NCBI GenBank assembly: GCA_001662655.1
Contig: KV460271.1
Origin: Pseudogymnoascus verrucosus
Lineage: Eukaryota
Length of the DNA: 29,648 bases
Direction: 5' to 3' (one strand)
A program made the position numbers and the translations under genes. How positions within the stretch are numbered: the first letter of the stretch is position 1; every line of letters begins with the position of its first letter. Positions 19,958 through 29,648 of this stretch are shown one piece after another. Below the pieces are notes generated by a model, which ran no database searches, had not been told where the DNA came from, and was given only the letters and a program-made list of their open reading frames with translations.

Positions 19958-20701
19958 GAAGAAGCAGCAAATCGATAAATAAGATTCTGGGTAGGTTGAA
20001 GTCTTATGTCTAGTTTAAATGCGAATGATTTACTTGTATATATTTTTGTTTGGTAGAAGGACGTTAGTTTTAGATTATTGGTTTAATTAGGCTGCGTGCG
20101 GCGCAGCAATTGTAATGCTTAATATTCAGCTAGCTAATAATTATTCGAGATTTTATTTATAACGTGTTATTTTTCCTTTTTTAATTATCCTTTGGTGTCC
20201 ACCGCTTTTGCCAATGGCTGTATTCCCGTCTTTGTCTTCTTGTGTTCCGTGTTCAGCTTTCGGTGCTTGATGAATATACTAGCTATCGTAGCCACAACAG
20301 CCAAAGACCGCAGTTGTGGCCCCGAAGCGCTGCATCTCTAGGTTTCCCCACACGGGCTTAGCCTGGGGTGGGGATGCGGGTGCGGTATTACGGGTTGTGC
20401 AACAAGATGGATAGTACACTTTGCAGCGCTGCCTCAAAAAGGGGGAGGGCTAGTAAATAAGGTCGCGGCCCGAAGCGCTCCGCAAACGCATCATCGAAAC
20501 CGTGTACTGTGCGGACCGCCATGCGGTAGGAGACGATGGGGAGATGACAAAGAATAGGCGCGTTGCACTGCGGGGTTAGCTCGGGGTAGCGCTTGGGGGC
20601 GGGGCTTACGTATTGGCGATCAAACTTCGGTGCTGATACGAGAAAAACACGAAAGTGACGCCAAACTAACACGAAAATGTTGCATCGCCTTACTCAGAGT
20701 A

Positions 20702-21473
20702 CACAGGTAAGCAGACCATTAGGTGACCTAACCCCCCCCCCTAACCTCAGCTGACCTAGAAATGCTCCACTTATTAAGTAGGGGGGTTAGCCAGCCTCTA
20801 CTAAGACTGTATTACTTACATGACATAGTTAGGTTAGGTTAGAACTACTATATAATAGAGCGTAATTCTAGTAAAGTTATAAAGTATTCATTCTGTTAGT
20901 AATTATGTTATAATGTATTACTAATACATTATAATAGACAACTTAATATTACTACTAGAGGTAAAGTTATAGTTAAGCCTAATTATAATTATTAGTAGTC
21001 TTTAATGTAAAGATAAAAGATACTAAGAGGAATATAAGGATATAAGGCACTAGCTTATAGTAATAGCATATAAGAGTATAAGTCTAAAGGGTTATAGGTG
21101 CTATCCTATAAGTCTACTATAAAGGATATAAAAAAGATAAAAAGGGAACTTATTAAGTCTATTCCTCTAAGTATCTAAAATAGGTCTAACTTAGTTAGCT
21201 AGCCCTTAGCTCCTTATATATAACTACCTTAGCTCTAAGTCTAATCCTAAGAATGTCTAGAGGATAAGGTATCTTTATACTACCTCCCTCCTATAAGAGT
21301 ACTTTATCCTTAAAGTAAGTTATATCTATAATGTCTCTAAATAGTATCTATTTATTATAGGTATAGCTAAAGGCCCTATCTTAGGGGTAATGTAGGCTAG
21401 GGAATTAGGGCTAGGGGACTAGTGCCTTAGGCATCTATTACTAGTTAATGCTTATATGCCTATATACCCTATG
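20702..21473. repeat. RIP-degraded repeat of unidentified class
   Basis: Abrupt shift to AT-rich, TpA-rich, CpA/TpG-poor sequence; inverted CTAACCCCCC (20728-20737) / GGGGGGTTAG (20781-20790); no ORF. Confidence 0.5.
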
Positions 21474-21665
21474 TGTAACGCTAGGCCTTAAACTATAAGA
21501 CTTATAGAGGTTTTGTTACGTTAGTTTACTTAATAAAGGAGGTAGGGGATTAGACACTAAAGGCTTTTATAAAACACATTATAGTATATAACAAATACTA
21601 TATTAAGTTAAGTATAAAGCTCCTACCTAAGAACTATCCATCTACTTATATAGTAGCATTATGCT
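21474..21665 (-). repeat. Partial LTR related to the Gypsy LTRs (matches their first ~190 nt as read on +)
   Basis: TGTAACGCTAGGCCTTAAACTATAAGACTTATAGAGG.. is near-identical to 22207.. and 28843.. Confidence 0.8.
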
Positions 21666-21676
21666 TAATGTATAAC

Positions 21677-21933
21677 TATAACGCTAGGTCCTAAACTATA
21701 AGACTTATAGAGGTTTTGTTGCGTTAGTTTACTTAATAGAGGAGGCAGGGGATTAGACACTAAAGGCTTTTATAAAACACGTTATAGTATATAACAAAAT
21801 ACTATATTAAGTTAAGTATAAAGCTCCTATCTAAGAAATAACTATCTACTTATATAGTAGCGTTGTGCTAAAGGGAATAGTTAGAATAGTAGACTCTCTA
21901 ACTATTCTTACTATTCCTACTATTCTAATTACA
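21677..21933 (-). repeat. Short solo-LTR-like copy (about 257 bp) sharing ~195 nt with the Gypsy LTR but with a different remainder
   Basis: Starts TATAACGCTAGG and ends ATTACA, consistent with RIP-altered TGTAAC..GTTACA termini; diverges from the 546-bp LTR after ..GCTAAAGG (about 21874). Confidence 0.65.
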
Positions 21934-21948
21934 TGTGTGTCCTATAAG

Positions 21949-22090
21949 AGGTGCTATACTTATTATAGGTACTAATTCCTATAGGTGCCTTTCTAAGGAG
22001 GCACCTTACTCTATATAGGTGCCTTTTCTAATAGGCACCTCTCTTTTACTAGGTACCTTCTAAGAAAGGTACCTTTTCCTAAAGGTGCCC
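21949..22090. repeat. Array of AGGTGCCT/AGGCACCT/AGGTACCT inverted motifs with 34-bp period
   Basis: 8-bp arm / 8-nt spacer / 8-bp arm units at 21983-22006, 22017-22040 and 22051-22074; degenerate motifs at 21949, 21967 and 22083. Confidence 0.75.
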
Positions 22091-22206
22091 TTATTAACTA
22101 AGCTACCTACAATCTCTACGTCCATTTCCTACTGCTAATTAGCTATAAGCTATTTTACCTTATTATTCTATCTTATAGCATATAGGTTGCATGTTTTAGC
22201 TGTAAC

Positions 22207-22752
22207 AATAACGCTAGGTCTTAAACTATAAGACTTATAGAGGTTTCGTTACATTAGTTTACTTATTAGAGGAGGTAGGGGATTAGACACAAAGGCTTTT
22301 ATAAAACATGTTACTAGTATATAACAAATACTATATTAAGTTAAGCATAAAGCTCCTATCTAAGAACTAACTATCTACTTATATAGTAGCGTTATACTAA
22401 AGGATATTAAAGATATTATAGATAACAAATATCTAACATATCATTGTTATCTATTACATAGGTCTTACGATATAATTAGGTCTAAGGACTAGAGGTCTCT
22501 AGATCTAACTAATCCTACAACGTCCCCTACCCTTAAGACTATAGGGCATAGGAGCTACTTAGTTCCTACGCTCCTAGGTTATACGCCTAGCTTAGTCCCT
22601 AGGCCTAATTAAGTCTAGCGCTACTAATGTTCTAGCACTTAGCTTAGTTATTTAACCTAACTAGGTTGTACGCTGTCTAGTTTCTAACACTAGATACTAT
22701 GTTCTAATATTAGAAACCTATATAGTCTATAGTTTCCCTAAGGGCTGTAACA
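22207..22752 (-). repeat. 3' LTR (546 bp)
   Basis: Colinear with 28843-29388; ends GGGCTGTAACA on +; left boundary could be 22201 (extra TGTAAC). Confidence 0.9.
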
Positions 22753-22767
22753 CTAGGTCCCTTCCTT
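22753..22767 (-). other. Polypurine-tract-like sequence
   Basis: Minus strand AAGGAAGGGACCTAG immediately before the TGTTACA start of the 3' LTR. Confidence 0.55.
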
Positions 22768-22864
22768 AAGGCCTAGTCCTAAGGCCTATTACTAACTAAG
22801 AAAAACGCTAACTACTTAAGTAGAGCAATGCCTACTTGTTCTATAGGCAGGTTAGGCTGCAACT

Positions 22865-23398
22865 ATGTCTTCTTCTAAACATACTAAAATTAAAGAACGT
22901 CTTGCTCTAGCTTAATGAATCCCAACTACTAGCATTAAGATGCTGCCCTATAGTTAATGTAAAAAGAAATGTGTAAAATGCATTGTATTAGACGACTTAA
23001 AACGATGTAGTGAATGTATCTACATTAATGCTTACTATAATGCTAGTGGTCCTTCTACTAGCAACTAGGATAAGCTTAAACGTAAAGAACGTCATTTATA
23101 AGAGGAGGAGGAAGAGGCAATGGCTAAAATCCTTTGCCTTTATAAGCAGTAACGCCTATTCTGTTCCTAAGCTAAAGACATGCTTTGTTAGGGTCTAAAA
23201 ACTATAGACAAACTTAACGAGGTAGAGGAGAAAGAGCGTAAGGAAGCTAAGTCTAAAGAGGCCTTTCCTTACAGTCCTTCTACAACCATCTCTAGGACTA
23301 CTATCCCTAACCTAGACCTTTTTACTACCCTATCTCCTAGGTTTTTCAAACGTTAGGGTGTTAACAGTAGAACTCTACTAGCAACTCTAGGCAGCTAA
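22865..23398 (+). pseudogene. Antisense accessory ORF inside the retrotransposon (178 codons, RIP-mutated): Zn2Cys6-like Cys motif plus coiled coil
   Basis: ATG 22865 to TAA 23398 with no indels. Codons 29/32/39/48/51/58 are TAT,TGT,TGC,TGT,TGT,TAT (C-x2-C-x6-C-x8-C-x2-C-x6-C if TAT derives from TGT). Followed by KLKRKERHL*EEEEEAMAKIL.. and a Pro/Ser/Thr-rich tail. Confidence 0.7.
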
Positions 23399-26300
23399 GG
23401 TTCCCCCTTAACTCCTATAAGTTATCTATAGGTTTATAACCTTTCTATTTAATTAAAAACTCTTCTTAGCGCCCTATTAACCTTCTGTCTAGGATTGCCT
23501 CAACCTTATATTTAATAACTTCATTCTTAGGTTAGAGTTTAGTGTCTATTACAATTAGGGTATCCCCTCTTACTAGTTCTAATAATAAGATATAAAACAC
23601 TAGGTAGAGTTTAGAGTTCTTAAGTAGCTATAGTCTATAATTAACTAAGCTGACTTTGTTTAATACCCTAAATGGTCCTAATTTTTTAAAGTCTAACTTT
23701 ATACTTAGTCGTTTCGTTTTAATGTGTTTTTAGAGTAGGTATACTTTATCCCCCTTCTTAAAGGTAGGTTCTATACTACGCTTCTTATTTACATATGTAG
23801 TAGATCGTTCATTTAAGAATTAGATGTCTGTTATAAGTTGTTTATAGAACGATTTTAGTTGTTCTACTACAATTAGGGCTTGTTTAGCTTATGCTTTGTC
23901 TAGTCTTAGTTGCCTATATGCTTTTAGCTAGTAGCTGTAATTAGTAAAGAACAGTGAAACTTTCATTACTTCTGCTATTGCACTGTTATATACAAACTAT
24001 ACAATAGGTAAAATCTAAACCTAATTATCCTATTAATGATTAACATAACTTTATAGGTACTGTTTAAAGGTTTGATTTAATCTTTCTGTTTAGCCATCTA
24101 TCTAGGGGTAGAAAGCTGTTAACAGCTTGTGATTTGTTCCTAGTAGAGCCATTAACGATTTCTAGAATTTTAAAGTGAAGAGATTGTCTTAGTCTAAGAT
24201 GATTTCTTCTAGCATCCTATAATTAGCTAATATGACTTAAATGAAGGTATATGTAAGCACCTTAGTGTTGCTAGCTTCTAGATATGGTACGAATTTCCTA
24301 TACTTTATAAGTCTTTCTATAATAACGAGGATAGAGTTATATTCTACTCCTATTAATAGGTCTTTAGAGGGTAGTAGCTTAACAATGAAGTCTAAGGCTA
24401 TTAATTTCTATGCTCCTTTTAGTACTAGTGTTGACTTAAGCTGTCTATAAGGCAAGTGCCTATTAGATTTCAATTTACTGTAAATGTTACACTCTCTTAC
24501 TACTGTTTCTACCTGTTTCCTTATACCTAGGAAGTAGTAGTGTCTAGTAATTTGTTTAAAGGTTTATGTTACTCCCTAATAACTATGTACTAGCAACGAG
24601 TGTTGTTCTTGCACTAGTAGGCGTCTTATTTAACTTAGGACATACACTAATCCTTTATAACGGATCAATCCTTATTCGTTAATAGTAAAGTTGCCTTTAA
24701 CTTTAGCTAAGACTCTCTTTACACATTTGTCTGTTATATAAGATTTCTTAAGTTTTACCTTAAGTTCTATGTCCTTAACGATGGAGATTGTTGCTAGCAA
24801 CTTGTTGTACTATATTCTTACATCTGTTTTCTTTAATATTACTCTAGGTCTTTCTTCCTTTAGGCTAACGTAGTTAGTCTGTCTACTAAGAGCGTCTACT
24901 CTTATGTTCTTAGAGCCCTTATAATAGGTTATTATTAAGTTGTAGGCTATAAGGGTCTCTACCTAGTAGACTTATCTATAGTTTAAAACCTTAGTTATAG
25001 TAAAGTATATAAGGTTCTTATAATCTGTCTACACTTATATAGTGTAGGTAGATCCCTTAAGATATACTTACTACTACTTAAAGGCAACGATAATAGCTAG
25101 TAGTTCCTTGCTATAGATGTTATAGTTAAGCTCTATAGGTAATAGTTTTCTAGAGTAGTATGCAATTGGTTTAAACTTACTGTTCTTATCTAGTTGGTTT
25201 AGACATGCTCTAATTGTAAAGTTAGAAGAGTCTGTTTTAAGGATGATCTTCTTTATAGGGTTAAATGTAGTAAGGATAGGTGCCTCTATAAACTTCCTCT
25301 TAAGTTCCTAGAAGGTAGCCTCTGCCTTAGCTGTCTATTTAAAAGTAAGATCCTTCCTAGTAAGCTCTATAAGTAGTTAAGCTACCTTAGAATATCCTGT
25401 AATAAACTAACAGTAGAAGTTAGTAAAGCCTAAGAAGGCCTATACTTCTTTAACTATAGTTAGTGTTAGCTATTCTAACACTGCTATAACCTTTGCTTAG
25501 TCTATCTTAATGCTGTGCGTTCTAATAATGTAACCTAAGAATTTAACTTAGTTTTTATAGAACTTGCACTTTTATAGCTTTAATAGTAGGTTGTATTCTC
25601 TTAGCTTCTAGAGGACAAGTTTAACATGCTAAATATATTTGTCCTTGTTTACTAAGTATACTAGCATATCGTCTAAGTAAACGATGGTGAATATGTCTAG
25701 ATATTTATATAAAGTATCATTTATTAAGCATTATATAGATATAGGGGCGTTAGTTAGCCTAAAGGGTATAACTTAATATTTAAATAGGCTATAATAGGTA
25801 TAGAATGCTGTTTTCTACTCCTTGCTATTAGCTATCTAGATTAGGTTGTACATGCTACATAGATCTAGCTTAGTAAAGATCTTAGCTCCTTAGAACCTAT
25901 TATATAACTTATTAATTAATAGTAAGGTGTATTGATCCTTTATTGTTATGTTATTTAATGCTTAATAGTCTACATATAGTCGTTTACTCCTATCCTTCTT
26001 TAGGACCTATAACATTAGGCTTCCTACTAGAGATTTAGATAGTCTAATAAACCCTTTCTTAAGGTTGTTGTTAATATACTCCTTTAGTAGTTTTAGCTCA
26101 TCTGCTAACATCTAGTATATTAGTCTAAACAGTAGACTCTTTCCTTCTTCTAAGGGTATTACATAATCCTATAGTTAGTACTTAGGAAGTGCCTTGTTCT
26201 TAGGGCCTTCCTAGAATAGCTGCTTATATTCCTTATACTCTACTAGTATACTCGTTAGTAAGGGTGCCTAAGCTAGGTTACTAGGCTCTATAGAGGTTAC

Positions 26301-26813
26301 ATACACCTTACGTTAGCCCTAAGAGGGTCCCTCTCGTTATAGCGTGTCCGTTTGTTATTTATATACACACTAGCTCATTATAACTTTCTTGTTCTACTAG
26401 TTAATCTAGGGGTTGTGTTTCTTAAGCTATAGTACACTAAGGATACACGTATAATTGTCTATGTATACAATGTTAAATTAGATCGTTTCCTTATGTCTAT
26501 ATAGCATAACCATTTCTAATAGGACTATCTTATAGGTTACTATTCCCTTGTTAGTTAAGATAGGCTCTCTATCTACAACTATTAACAGGTAGGGGTTAGT
26601 TTTCAATTACGTCTTAAAACCTTAAGTGTCTGCTACTTTCTTTATTATAAAGTTGCCTATTACTCTAGAGTTAATCATTACTTAGAGGTGTTGCTATTAT
26701 ATCTTAGCAACTATATATAGCTGTATACTACCTTCTATAGCACATAGCTAGTTTATACTAGGCCTCTTTCTATCGCTTACTAGTAGCCTACTGTTAAGGA
26801 CTCCTAGTTTTTT
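23340..26813 (-). pseudogene. pol: pol (RIP-mutated): protease, reverse transcriptase, RNase H, integrase, chromodomain (3' end approximate)
   Basis: Protease VMINSRVIGNF (DSGATGNF) about 26650-26681; RT IPFRLTNAP about 25744-25770 and YLDD 25668-25679; RNase H ILKTDSSNFTIRACL about 25200-25245; integrase YP*IDG*TERLNQ about 24070-24110 and KLDFKKLGPF about 23670-23700; chromodomain YKVEAILDRR..FLIK*KGY..DNL*E about 23410-23510. Confidence 0.92.
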
Positions 26814-28794
26814 AACTCGTTAGAGGGAGAATAGTATTTATTGTCCTCTGTTAGTAGTCCTAATAAGGGCAGTCCTTCTTATCTTACTACTTCTCTTAGT
26901 AGGTGTAAGTATTTCTTATATACCTATTTATTCTTTATAGGTAATTCTCCTTTAGACTAACTGCATCTAAGGGCATAAACCTATTCTACGTCTTAAAAGT
27001 GTATCTTAGGTAAAGATTAAGGGAATAACTAATGCTAGTGTTTCTTTTTCTAGTAGAGTTTATAGTTGTCCTTACTATAGTACTCCTAGTAGACATATGT
27101 ATGCTAGGGATAATTAGTCTCTATTACATCTGCCCTTACTAATTCCTATTGTCCTTTTACCCATTTACTGTCTTTCCTTAGAGGCATAGTAAACGTCTCT
27201 AATTGTTCTATAGCTCTCTGTTCTAGTTGTGTAGTAGGTCTTGTGTTTTCCTATTAAATCATGTCTTTAGCTTTTTCGTTGTACTTCTTTAGGGCCCTCT
27301 TTCTGTCCTAGTAGTAAAGTTCAACGCTCTTTACGTTCTTTAGTATAGCTATATACTTAACATCTGTTTATAGTCTTCTTACTTCTTAGACTAGGAAGTC
27401 TTCTATCTCTAATGTTGTGCTAAGCTATCTATGCTCGTTAGTTAGTATATTATAGTATCTCTAGAGGTCGTTCTTATAGTTGTCTACCTTACATTCTAAC
27501 AGGAGTCCCTATAATAGGTTCCTATAGATGCCCTAAAGTGTAGGGATTCTCCTTAGAGCGCTAGGCTTATCTTGTTTAGCCCTAATCTTTAAGTAGGCAT
27601 GTTTTGCTATACGTTATACTACGCTCTTACATTACAGACTCATTAATTCTATAGGTACAAGCTCATTAAAGGTTCCTTATTCTAAGATAGTAAGGGATTC
27701 TACCTCTAATTCTTCATCTAAGCTTTCATTTCTAGGGTACTGTTGCTATTAATTCCCTAGTATTGTTTGTTTACAAACATAGCGTTTAACTGCATTCCTA
27801 AGGCGTTATAGCCTCCTTAGCCTTACTAGGTAGCATTAAGTTGTTTACTAAATTTACATCTACTATTTCCCTTCTTTAGCTGTCTATAGTCTTAGGCTAT
27901 GTAGCCTAGCTTATTGTAGTTAAAGCAAAGTTGTTCCTTAAATTACTTGTCCTTTTTTAAGTTATAGGGTCGTCTAGGTTTAAACGTGACATTAAGTTCT
28001 ATTAGGTCTAACTAATAGTTGTCTTATAGGTGTTGTTCCTATTGTCTACCTTTGTTCCCTTAGTACTTAGTAAACTTCTTTAGCTTGTTATAGCTTTATT
28101 TTTCTTTCTAAAACTTATATAGTTAGTTGTTGATCTAAACTATATGTTTAATTAGGGATACTATGTCCTTTAGCTAATGCTCCATTTAGGTGAGCTCTAG
28201 GTAGACATGGCTCTTTAGCCCTCATTTATAGTAGCTAAGTAGGGCATAAGTGTCCTATCCTATCTAGTTGCTATACCTTTAGAATTCTATAGAGTAGGTA
28301 AGGGCGCTACTAGTCTACTTTAGGCTATATAGGTGGTCTTTAGCAGTCTTTACTTCATTGATGTTGCTAAACATTTAGTAGATTTCCTTCTTAAATCCTT
28401 TCTAGGATCTAAACATATTCTTAGTTGTAATTATAGCTCTACATGTTTCCTTATATAGGAAGTAGTCCTTAAGGAAGGGTTTAACCTATTATAGGGCTTC
28501 TCCTCTTAAGTAGGATGAGGTCTAGAGAGCGTAACTCTTATTAGTAGGGAACTTATTATCATTAAAGTGCAAGTAGATCTTAACCTAAAGTAGGAACACT
28601 TTAAGGTCCTTTTAGTTGCTAGAAAAGGTGTTAGGCAACTTAACTCGTAAGGTTTCTCTAAGTTTAGAGACTATAGGCAGCGCGTTAGGCATTTCCTCAT
28701 TCTTAGGGGGAATGTTCTAGGACAACGTAGGTGTAGGTGTCTTAGGTTGTCTAATAACACTTCCCTAAGGGCTAAGGATGTTCTTTAGTAGCAT
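26804..28794 (-). pseudogene. gag: gag (RIP-mutated) with CCHC knuckle and long C-terminal extension; ends at the -1 slippery site AAAAAAC TAG
   Basis: KLPNTFSSN..FLL*VKIYLHFN..SYLRGEAL**VKP; CFNYNKLGYIA*DY (RIP form of CFNCxKxGHxAxDC) at about 27886-27927; one frame change near 27740; A AAA AAC at 26807-26813. Confidence 0.8.
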
Positions 28795-28842
28795 GTTTGC
28801 TTTATGTTATAAGCTAGTACCTTATAGAAGTAGTGCTTAAAG

Positions 28843-29388
28843 TGTAACGCTAGGTCTTAAACTATAAGACTTATAGAGGTTTTATTGCATTAGTTTACTT
28901 ATTAGAGGAGGTAGGGGATTAGACATAAAGGCTTTTGTAAAACATGTTACTAGTATATAATAAATACTATATTAAGTTAAGCATGAAGCTCCTATCTAAG
29001 AACTAACTATCTACTTATATAGTAGTGTTATACTAAAGGATATTAAAGATATTATAGATAACAAATATCTAATATATCGTTGTTATTCATTACATAGGTC
29101 TTGTAATATAATTAGGTCTAAGGACTAGAGGTCTCTAGATCTAACTAATCCTATAACGTCCCCTGCCCTTAAGACTATAGGGCGTAGGAGCTACTTAGTT
29201 CCTATACTCCTAAGTTATGCACCTAGCTTAGTCCCTAGGCCTAATTAGGTCTAGCGCTACTAATGTTCTAGCGCTTAGCTTAGTTGTTTAACCTAACTAG
29301 GTTGTACGCTATCTAGTTTCTAACACTAGATACTATGTTCTAATATTAGAAACCTACATAGTCTATAGTTTCCCTAAGGGCTGTAATA
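28843..29388 (-). repeat. 5' LTR (546 bp)
   Basis: TGTAACGCTAGG..GGGCTGTAATA on +; about 30 differences from the other LTR by eye, essentially all transitions. Confidence 0.92.
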
Positions 29389-29436
29389 AATGGGTATAGG
29401 GATATCAATGGATATAATAATATATCTATATATCTA

Positions 29437-29553
29437 ACGTATTTCACGGGCGAGCGGGTCACACGAGCGAGCGGGTCACTAAAACACCAAAATTGACTAT
29501 TACTACCTACTACTACACCACCACCCTACATAATGACCCTTATTCGATCGTAA
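29437..29553 (+). mobile_element. Probable left end of a Fot1/pogo-type (Tc1/mariner) DNA transposon, truncated or decayed
   Basis: TA (29435-29436) followed by ACGT.., two 17-bp direct repeats CACG(G/A)GCGAGCGGGTCA (29445-29461, 29462-29478), an ACC/ACT-rich leader, then ATG reading MTLIRS*. Confidence 0.5.
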
Positions 29554-29648
29554 TTGAATCCTCGTGCTTCTCGCACGTACGGGAATTATGGCCCATAATA
29601 CCACATAAGCCACAGCGCTTCTGTCGGCCCTTAGAGCCTACCTGCCGA

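Larger units (their letters stand above)
22207..29388 (-). mobile_element. Full-length Ty3/Gypsy LTR retrotransposon (chromovirus), RIP-inactivated, about 7.2 kb
   Basis: Two 546-bp LTRs. The minus strand shows gag, PR-RT-RH-IN-chromodomain order and a purine-rich tract next to the 3' LTR; many TAA/TAG stops from C>T and G>A changes. Confidence 0.95.

Noticed and set aside
1162..19982. Many 60-120 aa ORFs overlapping the called genes
   Set aside because: Shadow or antisense frames of longer, motif-supported genes.
20388..20672. 94-aa minus-strand ORF
   Set aside because: Non-ATG start, no motif, lies in a repeat- and hairpin-rich segment that looks non-coding.
20828..20842. GTTAGGTTAGGTTAG and nearby CTAACC runs as telomeric repeats
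   Set aside because: Only about three 5-mers, not a TTAGGG array; inside RIP-mutated sequence.
21949..22090. Periodic palindromes as a CRISPR array
   Set aside because: Eukaryotic context, 8-10 nt spacers, no cas genes.
23010..24450. ORF-track ORFs 23010-23198 and 24241-24450
   Set aside because: Chance frames in the RIP-mutated element; the meaningful antisense frame is 22865-23398.
28820..28842. tRNA primer-binding site next to the 5' LTR
   Set aside because: No TGG-starting tRNA complement; a self-priming match could not be established in the mutated sequence.

Overview
Genomic DNA from a filamentous ascomycete, shown by GT-AG introns with CTRAC branch points, Zn2Cys6 regulators and RIP-type mutation. 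Left part (about 700-20000): ten genes. These encode a microbial-type PARG (TIGR02452), a Zn2Cys6 regulator divergent from a cytochrome b561-domain gene, an isochorismatase-family hydrolase, a five-gene block and one hypothetical protein. The block comprises a BBE-like FAD oxidase with a 1-nt frameshift, a DUF1254/DUF1214 protein ending in a PTS1-like SRM, a Zn2Cys6 regulator, an SdsA1/Bds1-type alkyl sulfatase and a Dal5/ACS-family MFS transporter. Its promoters share an exact 15-bp CGG-N6-CGG element, repeated CCTCGG (FarA/FarB-type) hexamers and clustered SYGGRG (CreA-type) sites, suggesting a co-regulated alkyl-sulfate utilisation cluster. Right part (about 20700-29648): an AT-rich, RIP-mutated transposon island. 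It holds partial or solo LTRs, a 34-bp-period hairpin array and a full-length Ty3/Gypsy chromovirus on the minus strand (546-bp LTRs) with a long gag extension and an antisense ORF carrying a Zn2Cys6-like motif. A probable Fot1/pogo left end lies near the window end. All family calls are motif recognition by eye; no database search was run.
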